From Planctomycetota bacterium (GTDB taxonomy: Bacteria; Planctomycetota; UBA8108; SXIK01), in assembly GCA_965223265.1 (NCBI GenBank), contig OZ244999.1, forward strand, positions 1,024,001 through 1,088,000: a stretch of 64,000 nt of DNA, written 5' to 3'. The notes under the pieces are model-generated. The model was given only the letters and a program-made list of their open reading frames with translations. It did not search any database and was not told the origin of the DNA. Position 1 is the first letter of the stretch; every line of letters starts with the position of its first letter. A program made the translations under genes and the position numbers. Below, in pieces: positions 1-10,421 of the stretch.

Positions 1-82
1 ACTTACAGATTCGCAAACTGTCACCGACCGGAACGAAGGCGGCGCTAAGGCGCACTATCCCGGAACCGGATTTGGGCCCCCT

Positions 83-427
83 GTGGGCCCCAGGCCCGAA
101 CCCGCACAAGAGCTAGAAGAGCTCGTGTCAGTTCTTCGCGCGAAATGGCCGGAGCTTCCACCCGAACTCCGCCAGGGCGTTGTCGGCATGCTTCGTGGAG
201 CCCTCGGTGCGGTTCCATTCGGAACTGGTGGTGCCGAAGCCTCCGACCCGCCTGGAACCGACGTCACCCGCTGCGCCATTTGCGATGGGTTGGTGACAGT
301 CCATTGCGTCCTTTGCTCCCGGTGCGAGCGCGCAGCGTGCGCCGGACACTTCGTCTTTGACCCAGGCTTTGAGTGGCTCTGTCCGCATTGCGTGGAGCTA
401 CTGGGCGGGGAAGTGGACGCTGACTGA
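83..427 (+). CDS. Small hypothetical protein with 'WPELP..LRQGVVGM' helix and C-terminal Cys-rich Zn-finger-like region
   Basis: ELVSVLRAKWPELPPELRQGVVGML resembles the mini-ORFs seen beside integration sites in Planctomycetes; CAIC, CSRC, CAGH and CPHC motifs. Confidence 0.45.
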   Translation: MGPRPEPAQELEELVSVLRAKWPELPPELRQGVVGMLRGALGAVPFGTGGAEASDPPGTDVTRCAICDGLVTVHCVLCSRCERAACAGHFVFDPGFEWLCPHCVELLGGEVDAD

Positions 428-463
428 CCGGAGGCTCCCTGTGAAGAAGCTTCCGTTTCTGCT

Positions 464-1147
464 TCAAGTCTGCTCGTCAAGTCTGCGTTGGCGAGAAAAC
501 CACTCCTCGAGCTCGTCAATCTCTCGCTCAATTCGGTCGCGGACAAACTCTGGCAGGCTCTCGAATTTCTCGCGAAGGCAGCGGCGCATATCGGAAATGT
601 GCTCACCGTGGGTTGAGCCGGTGAGCCCTTCCGCTGCTGCTTCTTCCCTTCGCGGGTCACGCTCTGGGTCAGAAATCCAGTCGTCTGAAGACGCCCCAAA
701 CCTCGATTGCTGCATTTCTTCAGAATCGAGCATGTCGTCAAGGCAAGAAATCGTTGCTTCTTCAATCTCAAAGACAACGAGCGAGAGCTCTTCGCCGTGT
801 TGCTCTGCCCACTCGAGTTGCGTTGCGCTGTATGCCTCAAAGTACTCTGCGTCAGTATCTCCCTTCCTGAGCGAGAGAAAAGAAAGCAGCGCTCCAATCG
901 TTTTATCTGAGTCGTCAGCATGAAGAGGAGAGCCAGCAAAGCCGTCCCCTTGAAAAATCGTCATGTCACCGTGGCGCATTTCGTAGCCAATTTCGGTCTG
1001 ACCGCGGTCGTCACGCCGGTGGGTATCCCACATATCGAGCACAACTTTCTCACCGTCAATCTCTGTAATGACGAGTCCTTCGTGCAGAAAATCGCGCGGG
1101 TCTTCACGCTCTGTGTCTTGACTTGTGTCCTGTTCTCTTGCGGCCAT
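464..1147 (-). CDS. Hypothetical protein (acidic, phage/MGE-like)
   Basis: 227 aa ORF with protein-like composition, divergent from nrdJ. Confidence 0.7.
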   Translation of the reverse strand: MAAREQDTSQDTEREDPRDFLHEGLVITEIDGEKVVLDMWDTHRRDDRGQTEIGYEMRHGDMTIFQGDGFAGSPLHADDSDKTIGALLSFLSLRKGDTDAEYFEAYSATQLEWAEQHGEELSLVVFEIEEATISCLDDMLDSEEMQQSRFGASSDDWISDPERDPRREEAAAEGLTGSTHGEHISDMRRCLREKFESLPEFVRDRIEREIDELEEWFSRQRRLDEQT

Positions 1148-1230
1148 GGGTCATTTTGCCACGACCCTCTTTCTTACTCAAACCACGTGGAGTGTGACCG
1201 AAACACTCTATTTGCTTAGCGTTTCTCGCT

Positions 1231-4200
1231 GTGAGACCATTAGCCATGCACGAGCCAGCAGTATCGGAGCGCGCACAATCCGAAAGAAAGACACCGCAAC
1301 AAGAGCAGCGAGGAATCAGCATTTCTCGCCACTTTACCGACGCGTCCCAAGACCCGTACGAGACAGCTGTCTGGAAAAAGCGGCGCGCCGAGATAAAAGG
1401 TGCTGACGGTGAAGTCGTCTTTGAGGCTTCCGACGTCGAATTTCCCTCTCACTTTTCAGCCGTTTCAATTGACATTACAGCGTCGAAGTACTTCAGGCGC
1501 TCGGCACCGACTACTCGAGGTGCTGAAACAAGCCTAAAAGAAGTGGTCGGACGCATGACCCTTGCATGGCGCACGTGGGGCGAAAAGCTTGGCTACTTCA
1601 AGACTCCCGCTGACGCGCAGGCTTTCCAAGACGAGCTGACACACATGCTCGTCCACCAAGTAGCAGCACCAAACTCCCCTCAGTTTTTTAACACGGGGCT
1701 CCACGAAGCCTACGGCCTTACGGGCCCGCCGCAAGGTCACTACTACGTAGACCCTGACACCAAGGAGGTCTTAGAGAGCCGTGACACGTATTCGCGCTGT
1801 CAGCCTCACGCGTGCTTCATTAACGCTGTAACTGACGACCTTCTTGGCCCGGGCGGAATCATGGACTTGTGGACGCGCGAGGCGCGCCTTTTTAAATTTG
1901 GAAGCGGCACCGGCACGAATTTCTCGATAATCCGTGGCGAAGGCGAGCCGCTCTCAAGCGGTGGTGTGTCGTCAGGTCTCATTTCGTTCTTGCGAGTTGG
2001 CGACCGAGCTGCCGGTGCTATCAAGTCAGGCGGTACCACTCGTCGCGCAGCCAAAATGGTGTGTTTGGACGACGACCACCCAGACATTGAAGCCTTTGTG
2101 AACTGGAAGCCAGCAGAAGAAAAGAAAGCCAAGGCGCTCATAGCCGCTGGATTTGGCACTGACTTTAACGGCGAGGCGTACGCCACAGTGAGCGGCCAGA
2201 ATTCAAACAACTCTGTCAGAGTGTCTGACGAGTTCATGCGAGCAGTCGAAGAAAAAGGCGATTGGTTTTTGCGGCGAAGGACTGACGGCGAAGTCTCTAA
2301 GGTGCTTCCAGCCACACGGCTATTTGCTCAAATGTGTCACGCAACGTGGGAGTGTGCTGACCCAGGGCTTCAGTTCGATTCAACCATTCAAGACTGGCAC
2401 ACGTGCCCAGAGTCAGGCCGCATTAACGCGAGCAATCCGTGCTCAGAATACATGTTTCTCGATAACACGGCGTGCAACCTCGCTTCGATTAATCTTCTCA
2501 AGTTTCTTGACTGTGAAACCGGTGAGTTTCAGGTCGAAGACTTCCGTCACGCAGTGCGCCTTTGGACCATGGTGCTCGAAATTTCAGTCGCAATGGCGCA
2601 ATTCCCGTCGCCAGAAATAGCAGAACGCTCGGAGCACTTCCGCACACTTGGCCTTGGCTACGCTAACCTCGGGACACTTCTCATGGTCATGGGAATTCCC
2701 TACGACAGTGAAGAGGGAAGGGCAGTTACAGGCGCCATTACGGCAATCATGGGCGGTGAAGCGTACTTTGCGTCAGCTCTTATGGCAGCAAAGCTTGGTG
2801 CGTTTGAAGGCTACGCTGAAAACGAAGAGCACATGCAGCGCGTAATCAGAAACCACCACCGCGCAGCGTACGGAGCACCGGCTAAAGACTACGAGCAAGT
2901 TGGAACACCGCCAAAAGGACTCAGCGAAGACCTCATGCCCGAGAAGTTGCGGTACCTCGTTCGTGAAGCAAGAGACGCGTGGGGCAGAGCTCTCTACACA
3001 GGAGAAGAGTACGGCTTTCGTAACGCTCAAGTGACCGTCCTCGCACCGACTGGAACAATCGGGTTCTATCTCGATTGCGACACCATGGGAGTCGAGCCAG
3101 AGTTTGCGCTGGTAAAGCACAAGACCTTCGCTGGCGGTGGAGACAGGCGGATTGTGAACCAGTCAGTAAAAGGCGGGCTACAAACGCTTGGATACAAGCC
3201 ACCCGAGATAGAGCGAATCCTTTCCCACGTAAAGGAGAATGAGACCGTAGAAGGAGCCCCCGGGCTACGCGAAGAGCACTTGGCTGTCTTCGACACTGCA
3301 AACAGAAGCGGTAACGGCACACGCGTCATTTCAACTGGTGGACACATTCGCATGCTTGCAGCTGCACAACCGTTTCTCTCTGGTGCCATTTCCAAAACAG
3401 TGAACCTTCCTAAGGAAGCCACTGTGGAAGACATTCGCGAGTCGTTTCTCCTCGCACATGAAATTGGAGTGAAAGCGATTGCGCTCTATCGCGACGGCTC
3501 GAAAGGCTCACAGCCGCTAAACACAACAGCGACTTCAACTGACGGCGCAAAGATTGAAATCAAGTGCGCTGGTTGTGGCGATTCCGCAACACCGGAAAAG
3601 GGAGTGATTGCAGTAGCGAAGAAAAACCCGCTCGATAATTTTCCAGACGAGATTACAGCGCTTCCGCAATGGGTCCTTTGGGAACGCGTTGGTGGCAAAA
3701 AGCTTCCGCTACAGATAAACGGCCGTAGAGCCTCAAGCACTGACCCAACTACGTGGTCTACCTTTGGTGAGGCAAGAGCAGCGCTTCAAGCGCAAGGGCG
3801 AGCGGCTGGGCTTGGCTTTGTTTTCACAGACAATGACCCCTTTGTCGGAATCGATTTGGACAAGGTGCGTCAGTCTTGGGACGGGGATTCCCCTGACTGG
3901 GTTTCAGGGCTCATTGAAGACCTTGCCACGTACACCGAAGTGTCTGTGTCTGGTAAGGGCTACCACCTAATTGTTAAGGCACCAAACCAGTACTTTCGCG
4001 GAGGGAAGTGGCTCTACCAAGCGCCAGGTGACGGTGAGCATAAGATAGAGGTGTACCCGCGCGACCGCTTTTTCACCATGACTGGCGACATTCACGTCTA
4101 TGACGGAGCACTCGCAGAGGTTGACGACAGGACCAAGGAATTTGCAGAGTTCTTTTCGCGGCTACGGGAAGAGCCAAGGCCAACTCGCCAAAGACGACCT

Positions 4201-4527
4201 GGTGACAGGTTTCGTTCGCCGGTTAACACAGAGAAAATGCTTGGGCTATTCCGTGAGCTTGGCGTTGACCCAACGGCAAATGGAAGAAAGCACGTCACTG
4301 TCTCTTGCCCGTTTCATGACGACGACGCGCCGTCGCTAAAAATCACGCCTGACCAAGGCTTTTACTGTCATGCAGAAGAGTGGGGCGGAGGAAGTAGCGC
4401 ATTGCAGAGACGAATCGCCGCGCTCTCCGACGACGAGCTTCGTGACGTTGAGCGTCGCACTGGGGTTCCATACGAAACGCTCTCAAAGATTCGCGAGCGG
4501 TTCTTGCCGCCACCGCCAAAGCTTTAG
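1231..4527 (+). CDS. nrdJ: Class II (B12-dependent) ribonucleotide reductase fused in frame to an AEP primase-polymerase domain and a CHC2-like Zn finger
   Basis: RNR motifs [64 protein letters not shown]. From ~3604: [45 protein letters not shown]; then [14 protein letters not shown]. Confidence 0.9.
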   Translation: MRPLAMHEPAVSERAQSERKTPQQEQRGISISRHFTDASQDPYETAVWKKRRAEIKGADGEVVFEASDVEFPSHFSAVSIDITASKYFRRSAPTTRGAETSLKEVVGRMTLAWRTWGEKLGYFKTPADAQAFQDELTHMLVHQVAAPNSPQFFNTGLHEAYGLTGPPQGHYYVDPDTKEVLESRDTYSRCQPHACFINAVTDDLLGPGGIMDLWTREARLFKFGSGTGTNFSIIRGEGEPLSSGGVSSGLISFLRVGDRAAGAIKSGGTTRRAAKMVCLDDDHPDIEAFVNWKPAEEKKAKALIAAGFGTDFNGEAYATVSGQNSNNSVRVSDEFMRAVEEKGDWFLRRRTDGEVSKVLPATRLFAQMCHATWECADPGLQFDSTIQDWHTCPESGRINASNPCSEYMFLDNTACNLASINLLKFLDCETGEFQVEDFRHAVRLWTMVLEISVAMAQFPSPEIAERSEHFRTLGLGYANLGTLLMVMGIPYDSEEGRAVTGAITAIMGGEAYFASALMAAKLGAFEGYAENEEHMQRVIRNHHRAAYGAPAKDYEQVGTPPKGLSEDLMPEKLRYLVREARDAWGRALYTGEEYGFRNAQVTVLAPTGTIGFYLDCDTMGVEPEFALVKHKTFAGGGDRRIVNQSVKGGLQTLGYKPPEIERILSHVKENETVEGAPGLREEHLAVFDTANRSGNGTRVISTGGHIRMLAAAQPFLSGAISKTVNLPKEATVEDIRESFLLAHEIGVKAIALYRDGSKGSQPLNTTATSTDGAKIEIKCAGCGDSATPEKGVIAVAKKNPLDNFPDEITALPQWVLWERVGGKKLPLQINGRRASSTDPTTWSTFGEARAALQAQGRAAGLGFVFTDNDPFVGIDLDKVRQSWDGDSPDWVSGLIEDLATYTEVSVSGKGYHLIVKAPNQYFRGGKWLYQAPGDGEHKIEVYPRDRFFTMTGDIHVYDGALAEVDDRTKEFAEFFSRLREEPRPTRQRRPGDRFRSPVNTEKMLGLFRELGVDPTANGRKHVTVSCPFHDDDAPSLKITPDQGFYCHAEEWGGGSSALQRRIAALSDDELRDVERRTGVPYETLSKIRERFLPPPPKL

Positions 4528-4529
4528 GA

Positions 4530-4756
4530 GTGGGTCTATCGCGGACGTTCGCGCTACCTTTCTTCACAACCAGCGAGTCGATGTGGTTGTTTACTTCACC
4601 GACGGCCATGGTAGAGCGCCAGAGCGTCCACCTCGTGTTCCCGTTCTTTGGTGTCTCACACCCAATGGAATGCGCCCGTGCGAGTGGGGTCGCTTCGTCT
4701 ACATGTCGGGTTTCGTAGACGCAGACGTGAGTTCTTTCTCCTGGCTATTGTCGTGA
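4530..4756 (+). pseudogene. C-terminal remnant of a VWA-like (DUF2201-type) gene
   Basis: The frame of ORF 4370..4756 reads DVVVYFTDGHG..P..PP.VPVLWCLT...P..WG, with no matching N-terminus or start. Confidence 0.6.
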
Positions 4757-4767
4757 GTGGTAGACGC

Positions 4768-5357
4768 ATGATTCGCCAAGAACTTCCAGGCGGTCACCAT
4801 CTCCTAACGGGCGCGCTCCCCGACGAGCTCCGCCTCGGTGAAGGAGAGTTCGAAACGCTTTGGCACCGTCATCCAGACGAATACCACCAAGTCAGGACGC
4901 CGAGAGGACAGCGGGTTCCAACACCTCGCTGGCAGCAGGCCTACGACAGGGACTACGTCTACACCGGAAGCAAGAACAACGCGCTTCCCCTTAGCGTGCT
5001 GACCGACGGTATTCCGAAACTCTCGCGCATCGTCAGGTGGTGTCAGTCAGAGATTGACGGACGCCTAAACGGTGTACTCGTCAATTGGTACGACGGAAGC
5101 CGTGGGCACTACATTGGAAAGCACCGCGATAGCAGGAAAGGGCTGATTCTGGGAACTCCAATCGTCACGCTGTCTTTCGGCGAAACGCGCACCTTCCGGC
5201 TTCGTCCGTACAAAGGCGACGCTCAGCGCTTGGACTTCGACGCCCCGGACGGAACCGTCTTCGTTCTTCCGTTTGAGACCAATCTCGCGCACGGATAACG
5301 AAGTCGAAGCGCTGCCAAGGTCGTCGCGTGTCAGTAACGCTTCGGGCGTTTGTTTGA
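4768..5357 (+). pseudogene. alkB: AlkB-family 2OG-Fe(II) dioxygenase, frameshifted near the C-terminus
   Basis: PRWQQAY, NWYD..YIGKHRD (HxD), LSFGETRTF. After HG the frame stops at 5298, but the shifted frame continues ITKSKRCQGRRVSVTLRAFV* (RxxxxxR motif) to 5357. Confidence 0.75.
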
Positions 5358-5485
5358 ACGATTGAGCTCCGGTGGAATGGCCACCAGAACGAGCGCTCTT
5401 TCGTGGAGAGCCCGTGAGCGTCTTCGTCGCAGGCGGGTCGAAGCGCGACTGCTATCCCGGCACGCGATTCTGCCGTTGACACCAC

Positions 5486-6223
5486 TCAAGACCCAACCGC
5501 TCGTTCGAAGTTGGCAGACACTCGTGCGGCGGCATCCTCCAGCGAGCAGGACCAAGTTTCCGACAGGTATTTCAGAACAACCGAAACGTCTCTCGGCTCT
5601 GCAGGCCGCTTTCCGTATTTCACAAACGGCCCGTCACTTTCGGTCAAGACGAGGTCGGGTTCCATGCAACGAATTAGCGCTTGCCCGGACTTCGAACGAA
5701 TCATCGCGGGGTTGACCGAGAAGAAAAAGCCTCGACTGGAGGCAGAAGCGACCTCCCTCTTGGAGCCGCTGAAGTAATGGAGGATAGCTGTTCCCCGGAA
5801 GGTAGCCCCCAAAATTGCGAGTACGTCCTTAGACGACCTACGTGAGTGAATCGATAGGACTCTGTCGCCCAGCATCGTGCACGCATCGACCACTTTCGAA
5901 AAAACCTCTCGCTGCAGTGAACGCTCGGCTTCGTCTCTTGTCTGGTAGTCGAGGCCGACCTCCCCTACGAATCTGGTACGTTCCAGCAGCCCCCTGAGTA
6001 GGTCCAGTTCACCTGAACGAGTCTTCACCAACTGCGGATGCAATCCGAGAGCTGCGTGCACAGTGGGATACTGGTGCGACAACTCCAGGGTATGCTCAAA
6101 CACGGAGGGTGCGTTTGTGACGGCGATGAGGTGACAGCCCTCCCCTCGCGACGCGGCAGCAAGGAGCTGTGGTGGTGCGGGAAATAGGTCCACGTGGCAG
6201 TGGGCGTCAACGAGCCGGGTCAT
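5486..6223 (-). CDS. qatD: Qat anti-phage system TatD-family nuclease
   Basis: VDAHCHVD, ALGLHP, GEVGLD, SIHSRR, LTESDGPF; last gene of the qat operon. Confidence 0.92.
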   Translation of the reverse strand: MTRLVDAHCHVDLFPAPPQLLAAASRGEGCHLIAVTNAPSVFEHTLELSHQYPTVHAALGLHPQLVKTRSGELDLLRGLLERTRFVGEVGLDYQTRDEAERSLQREVFSKVVDACTMLGDRVLSIHSRRSSKDVLAILGATFRGTAILHYFSGSKREVASASSRGFFFSVNPAMIRSKSGQALIRCMEPDLVLTESDGPFVKYGKRPAEPRDVSVVLKYLSETWSCSLEDAAARVSANFERAVGS

Positions 6224-7556
6224 TGGCCGTCCCTTTTTTCTTGTCCGCACTCTCAAAAAACCGAGACAGTTCGTCGATTCCTCGACGATATACGCTGACC
6301 CAATCGCCTACCTCTTCGGGCTCGATTGGGCCAGAACTCAGGACATCGCAAATATCGTGTTCCCGACTGGTCCCCAGGTACCGGTTGAGCGCAATCTGAA
6401 TCGCCCAGGCGTCTCTGCCAGACTCTGTCTCGTGACTGGGAGGGTCACTGAGCACGTCTATTGCGTAAGTCGCATCAGAGCATTTCGCGTGTGCCACAGC
6501 AGCGCGTCTGATGACGCACGGCACGCAGTATCCGCAATGGGTACCCGGCGATAGTCCATGCCAACGGGCTGCCTCAGGGTGTGCGCATGACATCGTGCTC
6601 GGGAGAATCTCGTAGAGTAGCGCCGGATTCGCGGATTCCGCGAGCATCTCGCCCTTGGTTTTGAACCTGTATGGGAAGTCAATCGAGTTCTTTAGCCCGA
6701 GCACAGACAACAGCTCGCGAAACGAAGCTCCGACAAACGGGTGCGTCGTTCGCGTGCTCAGGCTTCCTGAGCGCGAATCTGTAAACGGGACGTTCAGCGT
6801 TATGAGGCCGTTCTCCGATACGTACAGCGGCGTGGCCTCGTCGATTGCATTCGCAACGAGCAAGCCTAACGCGAAGAACAGAAAAGACCGTGAGCGCTTC
6901 GTCGTCTCACGGGTGGAATCGGCTATCGTCGGTGGCTCGACGAAGAAGAACGCCGAAGCTACTCTCTCGCCATAGTGCTTCTTGATTCGGTCAAACACGT
7001 CCGCTTGAAAATGGTGCGTCATGCCCGCGCCGTAATGGCCCACGAGCGCGAGACGACGCCCTCGTTCCAGGAGGTCTATAGTACCAACCAGCGAGTCGAC
7101 TCCTCCCGAGAACAGTGAGACCGCGTTCGGTGCCGACTCCATTTCGCCGGTCGGTTCGAAGTCTGGCGAGTACTCCCTCGTACGAAAGTGTAAATCCCAA
7201 TCATCCCCTGATAGGAACGATAGAAGTCTGGTGAGTGGCTCTTTGGCCTCATTCCACGCTTTCTCGTTGGCTACGGGAACGTAGAGTGTAATCTCGCGTG
7301 TCCAGCCATCGCTGGCAGTGCTTCGTTCGATGCAGTGGTCCGAAGCGTAGACCACCATCGCAAGCACGGCCAGGTCGTACGCTTGCTCCTCGAACTTCCG
7401 CACGGACCGTGGAGCCATAGTCCGCAGCACCCCTTCGCGCATGCGGAATCCATCGGCTTCTTCGGCGAATGAGAGCACGAGCCGCGGAGTGTCCGACGTC
7501 AAATCTGGGAAATAGCAATCTTCCTCTTCGACATGTACGACTACGTGCCATCTCAT
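6207..7556 (-). CDS. qatC: Qat anti-phage system QueC-like protein
   Basis: SLFSGGVDS PP-loop, RSRSFLF, ENGLITLNVP, STRTTHP, HCGYCVPCVIRR. Its ATG overlaps the qatB stop (ATGA). Confidence 0.92.
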   Translation of the reverse strand: MRWHVVVHVEEEDCYFPDLTSDTPRLVLSFAEEADGFRMREGVLRTMAPRSVRKFEEQAYDLAVLAMVVYASDHCIERSTASDGWTREITLYVPVANEKAWNEAKEPLTRLLSFLSGDDWDLHFRTREYSPDFEPTGEMESAPNAVSLFSGGVDSLVGTIDLLERGRRLALVGHYGAGMTHHFQADVFDRIKKHYGERVASAFFFVEPPTIADSTRETTKRSRSFLFFALGLLVANAIDEATPLYVSENGLITLNVPFTDSRSGSLSTRTTHPFVGASFRELLSVLGLKNSIDFPYRFKTKGEMLAESANPALLYEILPSTMSCAHPEAARWHGLSPGTHCGYCVPCVIRRAAVAHAKCSDATYAIDVLSDPPSHETESGRDAWAIQIALNRYLGTSREHDICDVLSSGPIEPEEVGDWVSVYRRGIDELSRFFESADKKKGTANDPAR

Positions 7557-8452
7557 TCGGCGACCTCCAGCAGACCGTAGGCGCTGTCGAAAATCTCGTT
7601 GATGATTCCGGAACCCTCCGGGCCGGACCAATCGACACCAAGAACGTCAAGGTCTTTGGTATCGAGCTTCACACACTCTCTGACGTAGTTCTTGACCATC
7701 CTCTCGAGACGAACCGCGGAATCTGGCGAAACAGCCCCCTTTTCGATGCTCTGACCGAGCTCTTCCAGCCACCTTGAGTAGATGTACCCGCTGACCGAGT
7801 CCCGGATGGCGGAGGCGACGTCGTCTCGCGTCATACTCTCGAGCGGCGACAGGTCGTTCGAGTCGAAATCGCACCGCTGAAAAACCCGATACAAGGCTTC
7901 ATTCGCTGCCCTTCGCGCCGCGGTCTCTTCACGTTTTGCACCGTGTGGGGCCAGGGCGTTCGCGATGGCGGCAAAAACCTCGCCGACACTTCTCCCGACG
8001 AATCTCTCAAGACCGAGCGAGCCGAGAGCGGCGCGAACTCCGCCGCGTGCGACATTGGACAGAAACGAGCCAACACCGGCAGCCACGGCCCGACCAGACC
8101 TCGAGGTACGAGTCGCGGCGCGGGAACCACCTCTACCCCGCACGTAAGCGCGACCCGCCGAACGGGGGCCTCGTCCTCCGCCTCCGCCCGAAGCGAATCG
8201 CGTTAGGTTCGCTTTCGCCGTTCTCCAATGAGCTGACGGCTGCACCCGGCCGGAATTGCTATCTGGGGGAGTTGATTGAGTGGCTTCGGGAGGAGAAGGT
8301 GTGGGGCCCTGCTCTGTAGCTTCATCGTTGGGCGGTGCTGCTCCGCCGCCCCCATCGTCCGAGCCGTCCGTCGGTGTCGGCGGAGGAACCGCCCAACTCG
8401 GCAGTAGGCTTTGCTCTGGTGCCGGTCCACCATATGAGTCCGACGTGCCCAC
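7553..8452 (-). CDS. qatB: Qat anti-phage system protein QatB
   Basis: N-terminal MGTS.SYGGP..LLPSW, Gly/Pro-rich linker, helical C-terminus; lies between the KAP ATPase and the QueC-like gene. Confidence 0.85.
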   Translation of the reverse strand: MGTSDSYGGPAPEQSLLPSWAVPPPTPTDGSDDGGGGAAPPNDEATEQGPTPSPPEATQSTPPDSNSGRVQPSAHWRTAKANLTRFASGGGGGRGPRSAGRAYVRGRGGSRAATRTSRSGRAVAAGVGSFLSNVARGGVRAALGSLGLERFVGRSVGEVFAAIANALAPHGAKREETAARRAANEALYRVFQRCDFDSNDLSPLESMTRDDVASAIRDSVSGYIYSRWLEELGQSIEKGAVSPDSAVRLERMVKNYVRECVKLDTKDLDVLGVDWSGPEGSGIINEIFDSAYGLLEVAE

Positions 8453-8456
8453 GTTC

Positions 8457-10376
8457 CTAGCGTTCCTTCTTCAACTTCGCGGCAGCCGCCTTCTTGAGCA
8501 TCGGATTGGAGCTACTCAACTCCCACTCACCGATGAGCGTCTCCGCTGCGGTTTCCGCTGAAGAGCCGGAACACGCATTTCGGAGCCTTGGTACAACGTC
8601 CGGCGGCAGCTTCATGTCCGGAGCCCGACGGAGATACCCAACAAGCTCGCCGCCCAAGTCGGACCTCGCTCCGACAAAGTCGAATAGTCGATACAAGACG
8701 CATTCGTCGGTAGTCCAGTCTTGCTCCTGCTCAGCTCGTGCGCCCAGTTCCTGGAAGACAGCCGCAGCATCGGCTGGGCTGAGTTGCGGGGAGGCTCCGA
8801 TGCCACGTCTGCGAATGCTCTCGCTGTCAGAAAGGACCTGGGTGAGCGATTCTTGAGCCTGCGGGCTGAGGCGCTGAATGCTTGAGACCATCGACCCCAG
8901 TACGTCCCGGGAAAAGAACACATACGGCCGAAGGTCAACGCCAGCAAGCGGCGGTTCGAGAGCCAGCCAATCGCGGACAAGCTCGTCGTTTGTCCACGCC
9001 TGGAGTTCGGCAGACAGAGGCGGCTCGCTTGGGCGCTCTGTCTCTTCGTCCGCGTCCGAGGAATCTTCTCTGCCTCGGTCTGCAGCAACGTGAGTCTCCA
9101 GGAGCTTGAGTTCTTTTGGAGTTCCTGCTTGCTCTGCCTGTAGTTGGGCCAGGCGCTTGAAAGACTCCGAGCGCAGGTACTCGAGAAGCATCAGCTTCGC
9201 CAAAACCTGTTGGTCCAGGTCCCCGATGCCCCGTGACTTCGCCATCTCCAAGCGCATGAGCAGCATGTTCAGGAACCGCTTGCACTGCCTCGGATTGCCG
9301 TTCAATCCCGGAGCGAGAATTGCGGATATCCGTGAAGCAAGAGCGAGACGGTCTGGAAGCCCATCGGGAATTGTCTCCAGGGTTTCGTGCGCAGTTGCGC
9401 TCCCGAACGCGCGGCCTTCTCGAATGCTCTCCGTTCGGAAAGCCCATTCAGCGCACTTTGTTATGGCATCCGCGTCCACACCGGCAAGCTGCGTGAACAG
9501 CAGGCTGATGTACGTTTCCATTTCCACGCGGCCGAGCACGGGTACGCGAACAGGATACTGTATGAGCTTTTCGAGGTAGTCGCGCCCCACTTCCGCTCGG
9601 CTCCCCGGGAGCTCTGGAAACCGACGCTGAACGGCGTACTTCACCAATCGCTCGTCCGCCCCGATGATGAATGCCGAGTGCGGAACGAACAGGAACAGCT
9701 TAATCGCCTCCAGCGTCTCAATTATCGTGTCCGGAAGGCAACGGTCCAAGTCATCGATTACAACCACCAACCTCTCGATATCCGCCGCTTCGAGGAGGGA
9801 CTTGAACTCGCCACGAAACTCTCGCACGCTCGTCTGAATTGTCTTCTCAGACTCATCAGCTAGTAGTTTCTCAAGTTCCTCTGGTTTGAGTTTCTCCAGA
9901 GATTCCTGCGCCTTTTCGAGCACTCCCGGAACATCGGAACCTACCGCGACACCGAGTGCCGCCGGACCGCCAATCGCGAGCGCTGTACCATACTTTCCAA
10001 CCGCCTTGCCCACTGTTCCAGCGACTCGAAACCAGTTGATACGGCGGAGAAGCTTGAGCCCAACGCGCTTGGCTACGTCCGAGAGGGTTTTCTTCTTGCG
10101 ACTCAAGAGTTCGCTGACAATGGTCTCGAGGAGGGCAGCTTTCGCGTCGTCAAACCCCTCAAAGAGCCACCCGTTGAACTCTAGAGTCAGAACCTTGGGG
10201 TCTGAACCGAGGCCCTCCGCGACGATTTTGAGTAGACTCGACTTGCCGCTACCCCAATCCCCGAACACACCAATTGTCGCGGGCAGCAATTGGTCGTTCT
10301 TCACGATTCCTCGAACTGCTTCAGCCAAGTGCCCGAAGCCAAGCAGGTCAATAGAGGTTTCGTTATCCGACCACAT
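8457..10376 (-). CDS. qatA: Qat anti-phage system KAP-family P-loop ATPase
   Basis: MWSDNETSIDLLGF, GDWGSGKSS, IDDLDRCLP, YLEKLIQ, GNPRQCKRFLN. Confidence 0.93.
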   Translation of the reverse strand: MWSDNETSIDLLGFGHLAEAVRGIVKNDQLLPATIGVFGDWGSGKSSLLKIVAEGLGSDPKVLTLEFNGWLFEGFDDAKAALLETIVSELLSRKKKTLSDVAKRVGLKLLRRINWFRVAGTVGKAVGKYGTALAIGGPAALGVAVGSDVPGVLEKAQESLEKLKPEELEKLLADESEKTIQTSVREFRGEFKSLLEAADIERLVVVIDDLDRCLPDTIIETLEAIKLFLFVPHSAFIIGADERLVKYAVQRRFPELPGSRAEVGRDYLEKLIQYPVRVPVLGRVEMETYISLLFTQLAGVDADAITKCAEWAFRTESIREGRAFGSATAHETLETIPDGLPDRLALASRISAILAPGLNGNPRQCKRFLNMLLMRLEMAKSRGIGDLDQQVLAKLMLLEYLRSESFKRLAQLQAEQAGTPKELKLLETHVAADRGREDSSDADEETERPSEPPLSAELQAWTNDELVRDWLALEPPLAGVDLRPYVFFSRDVLGSMVSSIQRLSPQAQESLTQVLSDSESIRRRGIGASPQLSPADAAAVFQELGARAEQEQDWTTDECVLYRLFDFVGARSDLGGELVGYLRRAPDMKLPPDVVPRLRNACSGSSAETAAETLIGEWELSSSNPMLKKAAAAKLKKER

Positions 10377-10421
10377 GCTTGCCTCTTTCGCGAATGGAGG
10401 TTGTATGAGTTTTTCGGGTTC

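Noticed and set aside
73-90. TGGGCCCC..GTGGGCC similarity to the ssb leader (~25515-25528)
   Set aside because: Short and GC-rich, with no flanking similarity.
55-939. 294 aa minus-strand ORF
   Set aside because: Ser/Arg-rich alternative frame overlapping the more protein-like 464..1147 ORF.
6207-7556. Housekeeping queC or a Dpd DNA-modification cluster
   Set aside because: Length and context (KAP ATPase, QatB, TatD) fit QatC; no queD, queE, folE or dpdA in the window.
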